This document shows, piece after piece, positions 1 through 9,547 of a stretch of DNA of 64,000 bases (its first letter is position 1; each line of letters begins with the position of its first letter). The stretch is from Gemmatimonadota bacterium. Its GTDB lineage: Bacteria > Gemmatimonadota > Gemmatimonadetes > Palauibacterales > Palauibacteraceae. The stretch spans positions 14,914 through 78,913 of the forward strand of contig JBHHZD010000006.1 of NCBI GenBank assembly GCA_046757885.1. Reading direction: 5' to 3'. The notes beneath the pieces are model-generated. The model was not told where the DNA came from. It worked only from the letters and a program-made list of their open reading frames with translations, and made no database searches. The translations under genes were made by a program, and so were the position numbers.

Positions 1-444
1 GACATCCACCTCGTGCTCGAACGTCACGCCCGTGGAGCTCACGAGAGTCACGGCGAGCGGCTCGCCGTCCACCCACGGGTAGGGGAGCCGGATTCGGGCG
101 CGCCCGAGGCGCGGGATCGTTCGGCCCGGATCCATCTCGTGCTCCCAGAAAGCATCGTCCACCATGACCTGGGCGACGGTCACGGGCTCGGGTCCCCCGT
201 TCACCACGTGGACGATCATCTCGGACGCGGCGGGAAACGACACGCGCTCGATCGTGAGCTCCTCGAGGGGCGGGAAGGGCGACCTCAGGGCCCCGAGCGG
301 ATCGAAGCGGAGAAACGCCGCCAGCAGGCCGCCGAGGAGCAGGAGCGGACCCAGGCCGTACAGCCAGCGTCGACCGACGCCCCGGGCAGCGGCCGGGCCC
401 GCGCGCTCGGGCGATCGCGCCTCCGGACGCGCGTTCTCAGCCAT
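1..444 (-). CDS. hypothetical membrane-anchored protein, C-terminally truncated by the window edge
   Basis: Minus-strand ATG at 444..442 lies 8 nt inside the end of the upstream oxidase gene (stop 439..437). Translation begins MAENARPEARSPERAGPAA...RRWLYGLGPLLLLGGLLAAFL (one TM helix) and runs open to position 1. Absent from the ORF track because no stop falls inside the window. Confidence 0.4.
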   Translation of the reverse strand, partial: MAENARPEARSPERAGPAAARGVGRRWLYGLGPLLLLGGLLAAFLRFDPLGALRSPFPPLEELTIERVSFPAASEMIVHVVNGGPEPVTVAQVMVDDAFWEHEMDPGRTIPRLGRARIRLPYPWVDGEPLAVTLVSSTGVTFEHEVDV

Positions 445-1540
445 ACCGGTGGACCGGGACGCCGTCGTCGGCCGCCAGGTTCTCGACCGCGTCGAAGAAT
501 CCCATCCAGCCGAGCTCGGCGAACTCGCTCTGGTGGGCATGGAACATGTGGAGCCCGGGATGCCCGAGCTCGAACTCCAGGATGTGGCGTTCGCCCTGGC
601 AGAGCATGACCGTGTCCGTGATCTCGTGCGCCTCCGGTCGCGTGCCCGTGCGGAAGACCCGGAACATCGCGGCGTGCAGGTGAAAGCTGTTGATGAGATC
701 GAACTCCGTCAGGTTCACGAGGTAGACGCGCACCGGCTCGCCCACGCCGACGCGCACGGGATGGCTCCGGTAGAAGAACGCGGCCGTGTTCACCGCGTAG
801 ATCTCGTTCTCGCCGTCGAAGTTCGTGTCGAATCCGTTCATCACCATCACGAGCTCGCGGGCCGGCGAGCGCCCGTCCGGCGGATCCACGATGAACGCGC
901 CGTAGAGACCCTTGTGGATGTGCCGCTTCAGCGGGATCGCGTGGCAATGATACAGGTGCAGGCCCCACGGCAGCGCCTCGAACTCGTACGTGAACTTTTC
1001 GCCCGGCGCCACGACGGGCTCCACGCCGTCCATCCCGGGCGGATGGATGCCGTGAAAGTGGATCGTGTGGGGGTGCGAGCCGGCGTTCCGGAAGCGCACG
1101 CGGATCCGGTCCCCTTCCCGGCAACGGATGGTGGGTCCGGGCACGCGGCCGTTGTAGGTCCAGGCGGGGAACCACACGCCCGGCGCGACCTCGATCTCTC
1201 GATCGAGGGCGATGATCTCGTACTCCCGCACGGTCTCGCCCCGGGGACCCCGGACGATCCGTCCCCCGTCGAACTCCGTCAGATAGCGCACCGGGTCGAA
1301 GCCGTCGGCGGGCGTTCCGTTTCCGTACACCCCCATCCGCAGCTGCTCCATGCCGTGCGGATCGTGGCGGACGGCCGCCTCTCCCGCCTCCTGGCTTCGG
1401 ATCCCGGCCCGTCCGAGGGAAGCGCCCGCGGCGCTCCTGCGGGCCAGGCTCAGGACCGTCGCTCCCGAGAGTCCCGCCACGCCCGCCGCTCCGAGCCGCA
1501 GCCAGTCGCGCCGATTCATCGGCTGTGGCCGCTGATGCAT
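437..1540 (-). CDS. two-domain multicopper oxidase (laccase/NirK-like), Tat-secreted
   Basis: 367 aa. Twin-arginine signal MNRRDWLRLGAAGVAGLSGATVLSLA. Cu-ligand motifs HTIHFHGIH, LHLYHCHAIPLKRHIHKGLYGAFIVD (HCH...H...G.YG type-1/trinuclear signature) and HMFHAH. Preceded by an AT-rich segment at 1541..1604 (ttagttttagtgttagctaaaaatgg). Confidence 0.8.
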   Translation of the reverse strand: MHQRPQPMNRRDWLRLGAAGVAGLSGATVLSLARRSAAGASLGRAGIRSQEAGEAAVRHDPHGMEQLRMGVYGNGTPADGFDPVRYLTEFDGGRIVRGPRGETVREYEIIALDREIEVAPGVWFPAWTYNGRVPGPTIRCREGDRIRVRFRNAGSHPHTIHFHGIHPPGMDGVEPVVAPGEKFTYEFEALPWGLHLYHCHAIPLKRHIHKGLYGAFIVDPPDGRSPARELVMVMNGFDTNFDGENEIYAVNTAAFFYRSHPVRVGVGEPVRVYLVNLTEFDLINSFHLHAAMFRVFRTGTRPEAHEITDTVMLCQGERHILEFELGHPGLHMFHAHQSEFAELGWMGFFDAVENLAADDGVPVHRYG

Positions 1541-1604
1541 CCGGCCTCCTTACCCGGTTAGTTTTAGTGTTAGCTAAAAATGGTAGGAAGGGACCGGGCT
1601 GGCG
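1541..1604 (-). promoter_or_regulatory. AT-rich putative promoter/5' region of the multicopper oxidase gene
   Basis: Locally AT-rich (ttagttttagtgttagctaaaaatggtaggaag) in a 70% GC background, directly upstream of the minus-strand ATG at 1540. Confidence 0.3.
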
Positions 1605-2681
1605 TCAAGAGGCCCCGGCGGGCTCTCCGAGACGGTCCAGGGCCCACTCCGCGTGCTCACGCACGAGAGGCGAGGGGTCCGACAGGCACCTCCGGAGCAC
1701 ATCCCCGGCGCGGGAGTCGCCGGAGTTCCCCAGGCCGACGCACAGGTTGCGCAGCAGCCCGGCGCGGCCAGGGCGGCGCAGCGCGGTTCCACGATAGGCC
1801 ACCGCGAACTCGCCATCGTCCATGTCCAGGAGCCTCGTGGCCCACTCCCGCATCGAGGACGGAAGCGCGGGCTTGCCCGGGGTGAGTCGGTCCGACGGGA
1901 GCGGCGCGAGGTCCCGGTTCCAGGGACAGACTTCCTGGCAGATGTCGCACCCGAACACGCGGTCTCCGATGAGGGGCCGAAGCTCGACGGGAATCGAGCC
2001 CCGGAGCTCAATCGTCAGGTAGGAGATGCAGAGCCGCGCGTCGAGCTCGCCGGGCCCGACGATCGCGCCCGTCGGGCAGGCGACGATGCAGCGCTCGCAG
2101 GTGCCGCAGTGCTCCGCCTCGAACGGGGGATCCGGCGGAAGCTCGAGCGTCGTGAGAAGCTCCCCCAGGAGGAAATAGGATCCCAGGCCAGGGTGCAGCA
2201 GCATCGTGTTCTTCCCGATCCAGCCGAGGCCGGCCCGCCGCGCGTGGTCCCGCTCCAGCACCGGGCCGTAGTCCACGTAGGGGCGCGAGGTCTCGCCCGG
2301 GGCGACCGCGTCGATCCGCTGCCGGAGCCCTTCCAGCATCTCCTCGAACACGTCGTGGTAGTCCCGGCCCCGGGCGTACCGGGCGACGACCGGCCCGGTG
2401 CCGGAAGAACCGGAAGAAGGAGAGGGGTCGTGGGCCAGGCTCACGATGACGATCGTACGGCACCCCGGAAGCGCCTCCCCGGGGTCCAGCCGGCGGCGGA
2501 CGGCGTCTTCCCGCGCCATGTACCCCATCTCGCCGTGCCGGCCGCAGGCGAGCCAGCGCAGGTAGGCGTCCGCGTCGGGCGGGCGGGCGCACGGAGCGAA
2601 TCCGATCTGCGCGAATCCCATCTCGAGCGCCGCCTCCCGGATCCGGTCGCGGAGCCCCCCGGCGTCCGAATCCTTCCTCAA
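1605..2681 (-). CDS. queG: epoxyqueuosine reductase QueG (tRNA queuosine biosynthesis)
   Basis: The ORF-track ORF 1605..3191 is N-terminally over-extended into nth. The QueG-like part starts at ...LRDRIREAALEMGFAQIGFAP, then YGPVLERDHARRAGLGWIGKNTMLLHPGLGSYFLLGELLTTLEL, two 4Fe-4S motifs (HCGTCERCIVACPTGA and FGCDICQEVCPWN), CISYLTIE, and a C-terminal HEAT-like REHAEWALDRL. Proposed TTG start at 2681..2679 overlaps the nth stop as TTGA; an internal ATG start (MGFAQ) is the alternative. Confidence 0.75.
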   Translation of the reverse strand: MRKDSDAGGLRDRIREAALEMGFAQIGFAPCARPPDADAYLRWLACGRHGEMGYMAREDAVRRRLDPGEALPGCRTIVIVSLAHDPSPSSGSSGTGPVVARYARGRDYHDVFEEMLEGLRQRIDAVAPGETSRPYVDYGPVLERDHARRAGLGWIGKNTMLLHPGLGSYFLLGELLTTLELPPDPPFEAEHCGTCERCIVACPTGAIVGPGELDARLCISYLTIELRGSIPVELRPLIGDRVFGCDICQEVCPWNRDLAPLPSDRLTPGKPALPSSMREWATRLLDMDDGEFAVAYRGTALRRPGRAGLLRNLCVGLGNSGDSRAGDVLRRCLSDPSPLVREHAEWALDRLGEPAGAS

Positions 2682-3337
2682 GGGAAAGAGCCGGCGGAGG
2701 GGCAGTGGCCCGCGATCTCGCAGCCCTCGCAGTCGGGCCGGCGGGCCCTGCACCGGCCACGGCCGTGGAGGATGAGCCGCCACGCGAAGGCGTGCCACTC
2801 CTCGCGCGGCACGACGTCCATGAGATCGCGCTCCACGCGCACCGGATCGGCATGATCCGTCAGATCCAGGCGGCCGGCCACCCGGCGCACGTGTGTGTCC
2901 ACGACGATCCCCTCGACGCGACCGAAGGCGTTGGCGAGAAGCACGTTCGCCGTCTTCCGGGCCACGCCCGGGAGCTGGACGAGCGCGTCCATCGTGTCCG
3001 GGACCTCCCCTTCGTGCTCGGCCACGAGACGCGCCGCCATCTCCTGGATGTGCTTCGCCTTGTTTCGGTAGAACCCGGTCGGGCGGACGAGCGCCTCGAT
3101 CTCCTCCCGATCCGCGCCGGCGTAGGCGCTCGCGTCCGGGAACCGCCGGAACAGGGCCGGGGTGACCCGGTTCACGCGCTCGTCGGTGCACTGCGCCGAG
3201 AGGATCGTGGCGACGAGAAGCTCGAGCGGAGTACGGTAGTCCAGCGTGACGGTCAGGTCCGGATAGAGCTCCGCGAGGATCGGCGCCACCGCGCGGACGC
3301 GTCTCCTCCTCGCCTCTCCCTTGCGGTCCTCGCTCAC
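2678..3337 (-). CDS. nth: endonuclease III (DNA glycosylase/AP lyase)
   Basis: 219 aa. HhH-GPD motif LPGVARKTANVLL; C-terminal 4Fe-4S cluster loop CRARRPDCEGCEIAGHC. Confidence 0.9.
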   Translation of the reverse strand: MSEDRKGEARRRRVRAVAPILAELYPDLTVTLDYRTPLELLVATILSAQCTDERVNRVTPALFRRFPDASAYAGADREEIEALVRPTGFYRNKAKHIQEMAARLVAEHEGEVPDTMDALVQLPGVARKTANVLLANAFGRVEGIVVDTHVRRVAGRLDLTDHADPVRVERDLMDVVPREEWHAFAWRLILHGRGRCRARRPDCEGCEIAGHCPSAGSFP

Positions 3338-4494
3338 CCGTCGCCTCCGTTCCGTGGCCGGTCTCCGCCCTCCGCGATGTCGAGGCGGACCGATCTCTCC
3401 GCCCAGGCCCGGATCTCCGCGAGGCCGATCGTTCCCACGAGGCGGTCCTCGTCGATGACCAGGATGCGCGCCTCCGACCCTTCCATCCGGCCGATCACGC
3501 GATCCAGGGCCTCTTCCGGGCGGGCCCTGGGCAGATCGGCGAGGGGCGTCATGATGGCGGAGACGGGCGTGCGGCGGCGGGCCGCGTCATCCAGCTGAGC
3601 GACCCGAGACAGCGCGAGAAGGCCCACCGCGCGGTCCCCGCGCGTGACGGGCAGGGCATCCGGCGTCACGCCGAGGAAGACGCGGGCAGCCTCCGAGGCC
3701 GGAACGTCGGCCTCGACCGACGGCGATGGCGAGCGGAGCAGGCGCGAGACGGGTACGCCCGCGAGGGCGCGGCGCATCACGAATCCGCGAAGACTCGAGA
3801 CCGCCGCGTTGGCGAGAAACCAGCCCAGGAAGCCCGCCCACACTCCGGAGAGCAGATAGCCGCTCACTGCGAGAAGGAAGCCCGCGAACATCAGGAAAAA
3901 GCCGAACACGCGTCCGCCCATGGCGGCCCAGCGTGTCGCGCGGGCGAGATCTCCCGTCGCCTGCCAGACGGCGGACCGCAGGATCCGGCCTCCGTCGAGC
4001 GGGAAGGCGGGCACGAGGTTGAACAGGGCGAGCACGAGGTTCAGGATCGCCAGGAAATCGGCCACGACCGCCAGGATCTCGGCGCCCCCGAACGACCGGA
4101 TCGCGGCGGCGGCGAGGGCGAACGTTCCCGAGAGGACGAGACTCGACAGGGGCCCCACCGCCGTGATGAGAAACTCGTCGGCCGGTCGCCTCGCCTCCAT
4201 CCGCATCTGCGCGACGCCACCGAAGATGAAGAGCGTGATGCCTTCCACCTCCACGCCGCGGGCCCTCGCCATCGCGGCATGCGACAGCTCGTGAAGCAGG
4301 ACGGACAGGAAGAACAGGGCGGCCCCCGCCGTCCCCATGGCCCCGTAAACCCAGGGGTCGAGTCCGGGAAGCCGGACGGGGAACTCCCAGGCGGAAAACG
4401 TCCACAGGACGAGGGCGAACACGACGAACCACGAGTAGTCGATCCGGATGCGGAATCCGAACCAGCGGCCAACGCCGAATCCCCCGACGAGCAT
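3334..4494 (-). CDS. site-2 protease family (M50) zinc metalloprotease with C-terminal CBS pair
   Basis: HExxH motif in LLHELSHAAMA within the TM core; LDGG motif (AFPLDGGRIL); C-terminal CBS-like segment (ARILVIDEDRLVGTIGLAEI). ATGA overlap with nth. Confidence 0.85.
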   Translation of the reverse strand: MLVGGFGVGRWFGFRIRIDYSWFVVFALVLWTFSAWEFPVRLPGLDPWVYGAMGTAGAALFFLSVLLHELSHAAMARARGVEVEGITLFIFGGVAQMRMEARRPADEFLITAVGPLSSLVLSGTFALAAAAIRSFGGAEILAVVADFLAILNLVLALFNLVPAFPLDGGRILRSAVWQATGDLARATRWAAMGGRVFGFFLMFAGFLLAVSGYLLSGVWAGFLGWFLANAAVSSLRGFVMRRALAGVPVSRLLRSPSPSVEADVPASEAARVFLGVTPDALPVTRGDRAVGLLALSRVAQLDDAARRRTPVSAIMTPLADLPRARPEEALDRVIGRMEGSEARILVIDEDRLVGTIGLAEIRAWAERSVRLDIAEGGDRPRNGGDG

Positions 4495-4503
4495 CGAGCC
4501 CCC

Positions 4504-4995
4504 TCAGGCCTCCGGCCGCGCGAGCGTCCGGTAGCGTCCGCGGAAATGCAGGAGCGGCTCGGTGTCTCCGTCTCCCAGGCCCGCCTCCAGGACCCGGCCG
4601 ACGAGGATCACGTGGTCACCCTGCGCGATCTCCTCCTCCAGCAGACACTCGCACCACGCGATCGCCGACGCGAGACGCGGCGACCCCGTCTCGCCCGCCT
4701 CGAACGCCACGCCGTCGAACTTGTCGGACGCGGCGGATGCGAAGCGGTCGGCGAGCTCGCGTGCCCCGGCGGCCAGGAAGTTCAGGGCATACACCCGCGA
4801 TTCGCGCACGACCTTCAGCGTGTTCGCGTTCGCGTCCACGCACACGAGCACGAGCGGAGGATCGAGGGAGACCGAGCACACGGCGGTCGCCGTGAGACCG
4901 CTGGGCCGCGCGTCGGCGTCGCGGCTCGTGACGATCGTGACGCCGGCCGCCAGATGGCCGAGCACGCGACGGAACTTCCCCTCCGGGACCGCCAC
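4504..4995 (-). CDS. flavin reductase-like FMN-binding protein
   Basis: 163 aa; LAAGVTIVTSRD...SGLTATAVCSVSLDPPLVLVCV is the typical flavin reductase (HpaC-like) split-barrel signature. Confidence 0.8.
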   Translation of the reverse strand: MAVPEGKFRRVLGHLAAGVTIVTSRDADARPSGLTATAVCSVSLDPPLVLVCVDANANTLKVVRESRVYALNFLAAGARELADRFASAASDKFDGVAFEAGETGSPRLASAIAWCECLLEEEIAQGDHVILVGRVLEAGLGDGDTEPLLHFRGRYRTLARPEA

Positions 4996-4998
4996 GGG

Positions 4999-7068
4999 TC
5001 AGGGCGCCAGGCCGGGATCGGGCTCCTGAAGGTGGAGGATCCAGAGTCCCGAGTGCATGTCGGAAACGTAGATATCACCCTTGTACGGCTGCGGTCCCCA
5101 GGCCATCGTCGAGTGCGGCACCGTCCCCTGCGCATCCTCCGTCATGAACACGCCCAGCTCGCGTCCCTGACGGTAGAGGTCTCCGCGGAGCTCGCCCGAG
5201 ATGTCGACCACGCGAAGGCCGCCCTGGTAGTGTGCCACGTAGAGCCGATCGTCCTCCGCCCACAGGTTGTGCGGCCCGGCGCCCGGAACGCCGTAGCGAG
5301 CGATCTCCACGGGGCGCTCGATGTCGGTCACGTCGAGGACGTGCACGTACCCCTTGGGCCCCGTCTCCGCACAGTAGCGACAGCTGAGCACCTCGTCGCC
5401 GAGAAACACGTAGTCCTTGTAGCGGATGGCGTGGTGCGTGTTGCCGGCCGAGTCCGGCCCGACGGCGTACCGATAGCGAAACTGGGAGACGAACGCCGGA
5501 TCGGTCGGCGTGCCGCCCCTGAGGCCCGCGCCGACGTCGAGAATGACGAGGCCGTCGTTCCAGTAGCTCAGGTACGCAAGCCCGTCCTTGACCATCACGT
5601 CGTGCAGGTACTTGTCGGGGCGCTCCAGGCCCCAGCGCCCCACGTTGCGCGGCCGGGCGGGGTCGGAGATGTCGATGATGTGCACGTCTCGGGTGCCGTC
5701 GTTGACCGCGTACACGAGATCGCCGTCGATCCAGACGTTGTGCACCCCGCCCGTGAGGTTCTCGGTGAAGTGGGACACGATGGTCGGATGGGCCGGATCG
5801 GCGATGTCGAGGATCGTGATTCCGTTCCGGCGGTTCGAGGCCTGCTCGCTCGTGATGATCGCGAGCGTGGCGTCCTCGTTCACCTTCACGTCGTTCACCC
5901 GTCGGCCGTCCGCCTTCACGGAATCCGTGATCGTCGGATGCGCCGGATCCGTCACGTCCCATGCGTACATCGTCGCGGCGGACATCGTCCCGGTGTAGGC
6001 GTAGTCGCGCCCGTCCGCCCCCTCGAACACCCACAGATCCGTCGTGGAGCCGGCCTCCGGGGGGACCACGCCGTGCGCGACGAGCTTCACGGGGCGGCGC
6101 GGAGGCCGGCGCCCGACCTTCACGTCGGCGACCGAAGAGAGGGAACCGACCGTCGCGACCACGCGGTAGAGCCCCGGCTCGTCGGCCACGAAGGCTCCGT
6201 CGGACGCCATCTCCGCCGCGGCCGTCGCTCCGCCCAGCCCGGCGGCCGTCCACTCGACATCCACCGGCACGGGGCGGCCGCGGCCGTCCAGGGCGGTGGC
6301 CGAGAAGCGGATGACCTCGCCCGCCGCGAGCTCGGCCCGATCCGGCACCACGCGCAGCCGCCGAACCGGATTCTCGACCACGCGCAGCTCGACCGACGAC
6401 TCGACGCCCTCCGACGCCGCCGTGAGGATGGCGGACCCCGGATGTCCCGCGAGAATCGTGGCGTCGTGGATGACCTCCAGCACGCCCGGGTCCGAGGAGG
6501 CCCAGGTGATCGTCGCGTCTTCTCGCCGCCCGCGCGCCGAGAAGGCGGTCGCGGACACCAGCCTGCGCGTGCCCGCCAGCAGGGACTCGTCGGGGCCCGG
6601 CGCGTCGATCGCGATCCGGCTCACCGGGAGCGGATGCACGACCACCTCCAGGGTGGCCTCCACGGCCCCCCCATCCGCCTCCGGCCGGGGCACGCGAAAC
6701 GTGAAGGTCGTCTTCCCGGCCGCGAATCCCTCGATGCTCGCCGCCTCCGGATCGAAGGCCGCCGCCACGCCGGAGGCGCTCCACTCCATCATCACCCCGG
6801 CCACCGGATCGCCTCGCGCGTCCAGCGGGATGACCGCCTCCACCGGAGCCACGTCGCCGACCGTCAGCTCGAGGGACCCGGGCCTGATCTCGATCCGCTC
6901 GACCCGTCGGGCGAGGAGCTGGGCCGCGCCGGCCGGGCTCGTGGGCCCGGCGGCATCGACCGCCACCCCGGCGGGCGCCGGCGGAGGAGCGGGAGGTGAC
7001 TCGGCTCCGCGCCGCGCGCCGCACCCCGCGAGCACGAGCAGGGCGAGCAGTGTGGGTCGTCTCGTCAC
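4999..7068 (-). CDS. lipoprotein with bacterial Ig-like (Big_2) domains and an LVIVD-repeat beta-propeller
   Basis: Start reassigned to GTG at 7068, preceded by GGAGGTGTTTCC. Lipobox LLALLVLAGCGA. Repeated Ig-like segments, then LVIVD-type repeats (GGVHNVWIDGDLVYAV, RDVHIIDISD, DGLVILDV, GGLRVVDIS). The ORF-track version (to 7293) is over-extended. Confidence 0.7.
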   Translation of the reverse strand: MTRRPTLLALLVLAGCGARRGAESPPAPPPAPAGVAVDAAGPTSPAGAAQLLARRVERIEIRPGSLELTVGDVAPVEAVIPLDARGDPVAGVMMEWSASGVAAAFDPEAASIEGFAAGKTTFTFRVPRPEADGGAVEATLEVVVHPLPVSRIAIDAPGPDESLLAGTRRLVSATAFSARGRREDATITWASSDPGVLEVIHDATILAGHPGSAILTAASEGVESSVELRVVENPVRRLRVVPDRAELAAGEVIRFSATALDGRGRPVPVDVEWTAAGLGGATAAAEMASDGAFVADEPGLYRVVATVGSLSSVADVKVGRRPPRRPVKLVAHGVVPPEAGSTTDLWVFEGADGRDYAYTGTMSAATMYAWDVTDPAHPTITDSVKADGRRVNDVKVNEDATLAIITSEQASNRRNGITILDIADPAHPTIVSHFTENLTGGVHNVWIDGDLVYAVNDGTRDVHIIDISDPARPRNVGRWGLERPDKYLHDVMVKDGLAYLSYWNDGLVILDVGAGLRGGTPTDPAFVSQFRYRYAVGPDSAGNTHHAIRYKDYVFLGDEVLSCRYCAETGPKGYVHVLDVTDIERPVEIARYGVPGAGPHNLWAEDDRLYVAHYQGGLRVVDISGELRGDLYRQGRELGVFMTEDAQGTVPHSTMAWGPQPYKGDIYVSDMHSGLWILHLQEPDPGLAP

Positions 7069-7085
7069 GGAAACACCTCCAGTCG
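7066..7085 (-). repeat. 20-nt translation-initiation-region repeat, copy 1 (cgactggaggtgtttccGTG)
   Basis: The reverse complement of 7066..7085 equals cgactggaggtgtttccgtg, identical to 19509..19528; both end in the GTG start of a lipoprotein gene. Confidence 0.6.
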
Positions 7086-7094
7086 GATGCGGGC

Positions 7095-8582
7095 TCAGAG
7101 GACGATCGATCCGGCGGCGGGCGACCCCACTTCGTCCTCGGCGCCGAATCTGCGCCCCAGCCAGCGGTTCAGAGCCAGAAAGACGCCGGCCGCCAGCATC
7201 CACTGAACGAGCACGGTCCCGACGTTGGAGCTCGAGCGCGGTGTCAGCGTCGCGGCGAGGTCCGACGGATCGAACGCCTGCAACAGCCACCATCCCATGA
7301 GAACGATGGCCTCAACGGTAACGAGCCGGATCGCCCAGTTCCACCAGCGCCCGACGATGATGTCGCATCCGTCCCGGTTCACGAGCGTCCGCCGGAACCG
7401 ATCCACGCCGTACCGGATCACACCGAGGGCGAAGAACAGCCCGGAGAGCATGAGCCCCACCCCCCAGACCCAGTCCTGGTTGCGGAAGAACGCCACCGAG
7501 AGGGCCGAGGGAAGCCCGAGCAGGAAGCCGCCCGCGCCCACGATGAGGATCGATCTCGTGCGCGTGAGTCCGGCATCGATGAGCACGCGGGAAGCGAGCT
7601 CGATCATCGCGATGAGGCTGCTCCAGGCCGCGAACACGAGGGCCAGGAAGAAGAGCGCCATGAAGGCCGAGCCCCCCGGCATGCGGGCGAACAGCTGCGG
7701 GACCCAGATGAACGTGAGGCCTTCGTTGCCGGCACCCACGATCGTGTCCGCCGCGCCCGGCATGATCGCGAACACGGTGCACAGGACCATGACCCCGGCC
7801 AGCAGGGACACGGTGTTGTTGCCGAAGCCGAGGACGAACGCGTTCAGCGTCGTGTCTTCCCGGCGCCGCAGATAGACGGCGTAGGCGAGGATGAGCCCCC
7901 ACCCGGCCCCCGTGTCCCACGCGTTCTGGGTCAGGGCCTCCAGCCACACGCGGGCCTCTCGTAGCCCGTGCCAGTCGGGCGTGAACAGGAAGGCGAGACC
8001 CGCCTCCGCCCCGGGGAGCGTGACGGCGCGAATCGCGAGGATGACCACGAGGAGGAACAACGCCGGGATGAGGAAGCGGGCCGCTCGCTCGATGCCCTTC
8101 ACGCCCCGGATCACGACGAGGACGCCGAGCGACATCGCGATCGCGTGCGTGACCACGGCGGCCCCGGACCCGGCGTATCCGTCCCAGAAGCGCTGCGCCG
8201 CGTCCGGCGACGTCATGGGAATCCCCTGCGTGACCGCACCCCACAGGTACCGGATCGTCCAGCCCATCACGACGGAGTAGTAGAACATGATCGCGATCGC
8301 CGTGAAGGCGATCCACGCCCCCATCCAGGCGCAGCGTGGAGCCACGACCCGGGCGAAGGCCCCGATGGGTCCGCTGCGGGCCTGTCGTCCCATCGCGAAC
8401 TCCACGAGGATGAGCGGGACCGACCACAGCAGCAGGAAGACGACCCACGCGATGAGGAAGGAGCCGCCGCCGTTGTTCGCCGCGACCCGCGGAAATCGCC
8501 AGATGTTTCCCGTCCCCACGGCCATGCCGAGCATGGCGAGCATCATTCCCCACCGCGATGAGAACCGTTGCTCCTCCGTCAC
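7095..8582 (-). CDS. sodium-dependent transporter, neurotransmitter:sodium symporter (NSS/SNF) family
   Basis: Signature MLGMAVGTGNIWRFP near the N-terminus and about 11-12 TM segments. Start reassigned to GTG at 8582 (GTGA overlap with the upstream hydrolase stop). The 400-aa N-terminal extension in the ORF track is Arg/Gly/Pro-rich GC noise. Confidence 0.85.
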   Translation of the reverse strand: MTEEQRFSSRWGMMLAMLGMAVGTGNIWRFPRVAANNGGGSFLIAWVVFLLLWSVPLILVEFAMGRQARSGPIGAFARVVAPRCAWMGAWIAFTAIAIMFYYSVVMGWTIRYLWGAVTQGIPMTSPDAAQRFWDGYAGSGAAVVTHAIAMSLGVLVVIRGVKGIERAARFLIPALFLLVVILAIRAVTLPGAEAGLAFLFTPDWHGLREARVWLEALTQNAWDTGAGWGLILAYAVYLRRREDTTLNAFVLGFGNNTVSLLAGVMVLCTVFAIMPGAADTIVGAGNEGLTFIWVPQLFARMPGGSAFMALFFLALVFAAWSSLIAMIELASRVLIDAGLTRTRSILIVGAGGFLLGLPSALSVAFFRNQDWVWGVGLMLSGLFFALGVIRYGVDRFRRTLVNRDGCDIIVGRWWNWAIRLVTVEAIVLMGWWLLQAFDPSDLAATLTPRSSSNVGTVLVQWMLAAGVFLALNRWLGRRFGAEDEVGSPAAGSIVL

Positions 8583-9547
8583 TCCACCACCTCTTCCCCA
8601 GGGGTCTTCGCGGGACGCGCGGTGCCCGCGAGCCAGTCGATCAGGATTCGATTGAAGCTTCCCGGCATCGAAATGTGCGAGCAATGCCCCGTTCCGGGAA
8701 TGGTCACGTAGCTCGAGCCCGGAATCAGCCGCGCGATCTCCTCCGCCCACGCCGGAGGCGTGTAGCAGTCGCGCGGTCCCTTCAGGACCAGCGTCGGAGC
8801 CTGGATCGCCGGAAGCTCGGGCCGGAGATCGGTTCGCCGCAAACGGTCCACCCGCACCGACGAGACCCGCGGCGACACCGTCCTCGCGCCCGTGAACAGG
8901 GCGTACTCGACCACGCGGGCGCCCCCCGGCGAGTCGTCGAAGATCCAGACGGCGACCCGGCTCCAGAGACGGGCCAGAGCCCGGGCGACAGGTGTCGGAA
9001 GCCAGCGCGTCGTGGCCATCGCCACGGGCGTGAGCGCGGCCCGGTTCAGGCCCACGTGCTCGTAGCTCACCCGGGCGAGCGTGTTCGACAGGACGAGCGC
9101 CCGCACCCGGCCCGGATGGCGCACGGCGAACCGCATCGCGATGGCGCCGCCCAGGCTCTGTCCGACGACCGCCGCCTCCGGGATCTCCAGGTGGTCGAGC
9201 AGCTCGGCGAGGTCGTCCGCGAATCGGTCCAGCGTATCCGCGGGCGCGAGCCGCGTGCGAAGATCCGCGCAGATGACCCTGTGGTCTTGCATCAGCGCCG
9301 GGACCTGGTACCTGAACGTCTCCTTGATCCCGTCGGCTCCCGGCACGAGGAGGACGGCGGGCCCGGTTCCGGCGTCGTGGAAGGCGACGCACTCGCCATC
9401 CGAGAGTTGCAGCCGGCGCGCGGGGAGGGGCTCGCCGCGCGCATCCACGACCGGCGGCCGTTGCAGGCCGCGGTTCCGTCGGACGACCCAGACCGCATAC
9501 ACGAGCAGGGCGGCGCCCGTCGCTCCGAGCCACGCCAACCCCGTCAT
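8579..9547 (-). CDS. alpha/beta-fold hydrolase
   Basis: Nucleophile elbow GQSLGG (VVGQSLGGAIAM). N-terminal TM anchor MTGLAWLGATGAALLVYAVWVV. ATG at 9547 overlaps the upstream stop as ATGA. Confidence 0.8.
   Translation of the reverse strand: MTGLAWLGATGAALLVYAVWVVRRNRGLQRPPVVDARGEPLPARRLQLSDGECVAFHDAGTGPAVLLVPGADGIKETFRYQVPALMQDHRVICADLRTRLAPADTLDRFADDLAELLDHLEIPEAAVVGQSLGGAIAMRFAVRHPGRVRALVLSNTLARVSYEHVGLNRAALTPVAMATTRWLPTPVARALARLWSRVAVWIFDDSPGGARVVEYALFTGARTVSPRVSSVRVDRLRRTDLRPELPAIQAPTLVLKGPRDCYTPPAWAEEIARLIPGSSYVTIPGTGHCSHISMPGSFNRILIDWLAGTARPAKTPGEEVVE

Noticed and set aside
1605-3191. Full-length 528-aa version of the QueG ORF
   Set aside because: The N-terminal about 170 residues are Arg/Gly-rich and overlap the well-supported nth gene on the same strand. 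QueG homology begins near ...LRDRIREAALEMGF, and a TTGA start-stop overlap fits the local operon style.
5075-7024. 649-aa minus-strand ORF and 6296..7300 plus-strand ORF overlapping the Big_2/LVIVD lipoprotein gene
   Set aside because: Alternative frames of the same region. They are extremely Arg/Gly-rich with no motifs, whereas the chosen frame carries a lipobox and LVIVD repeats.
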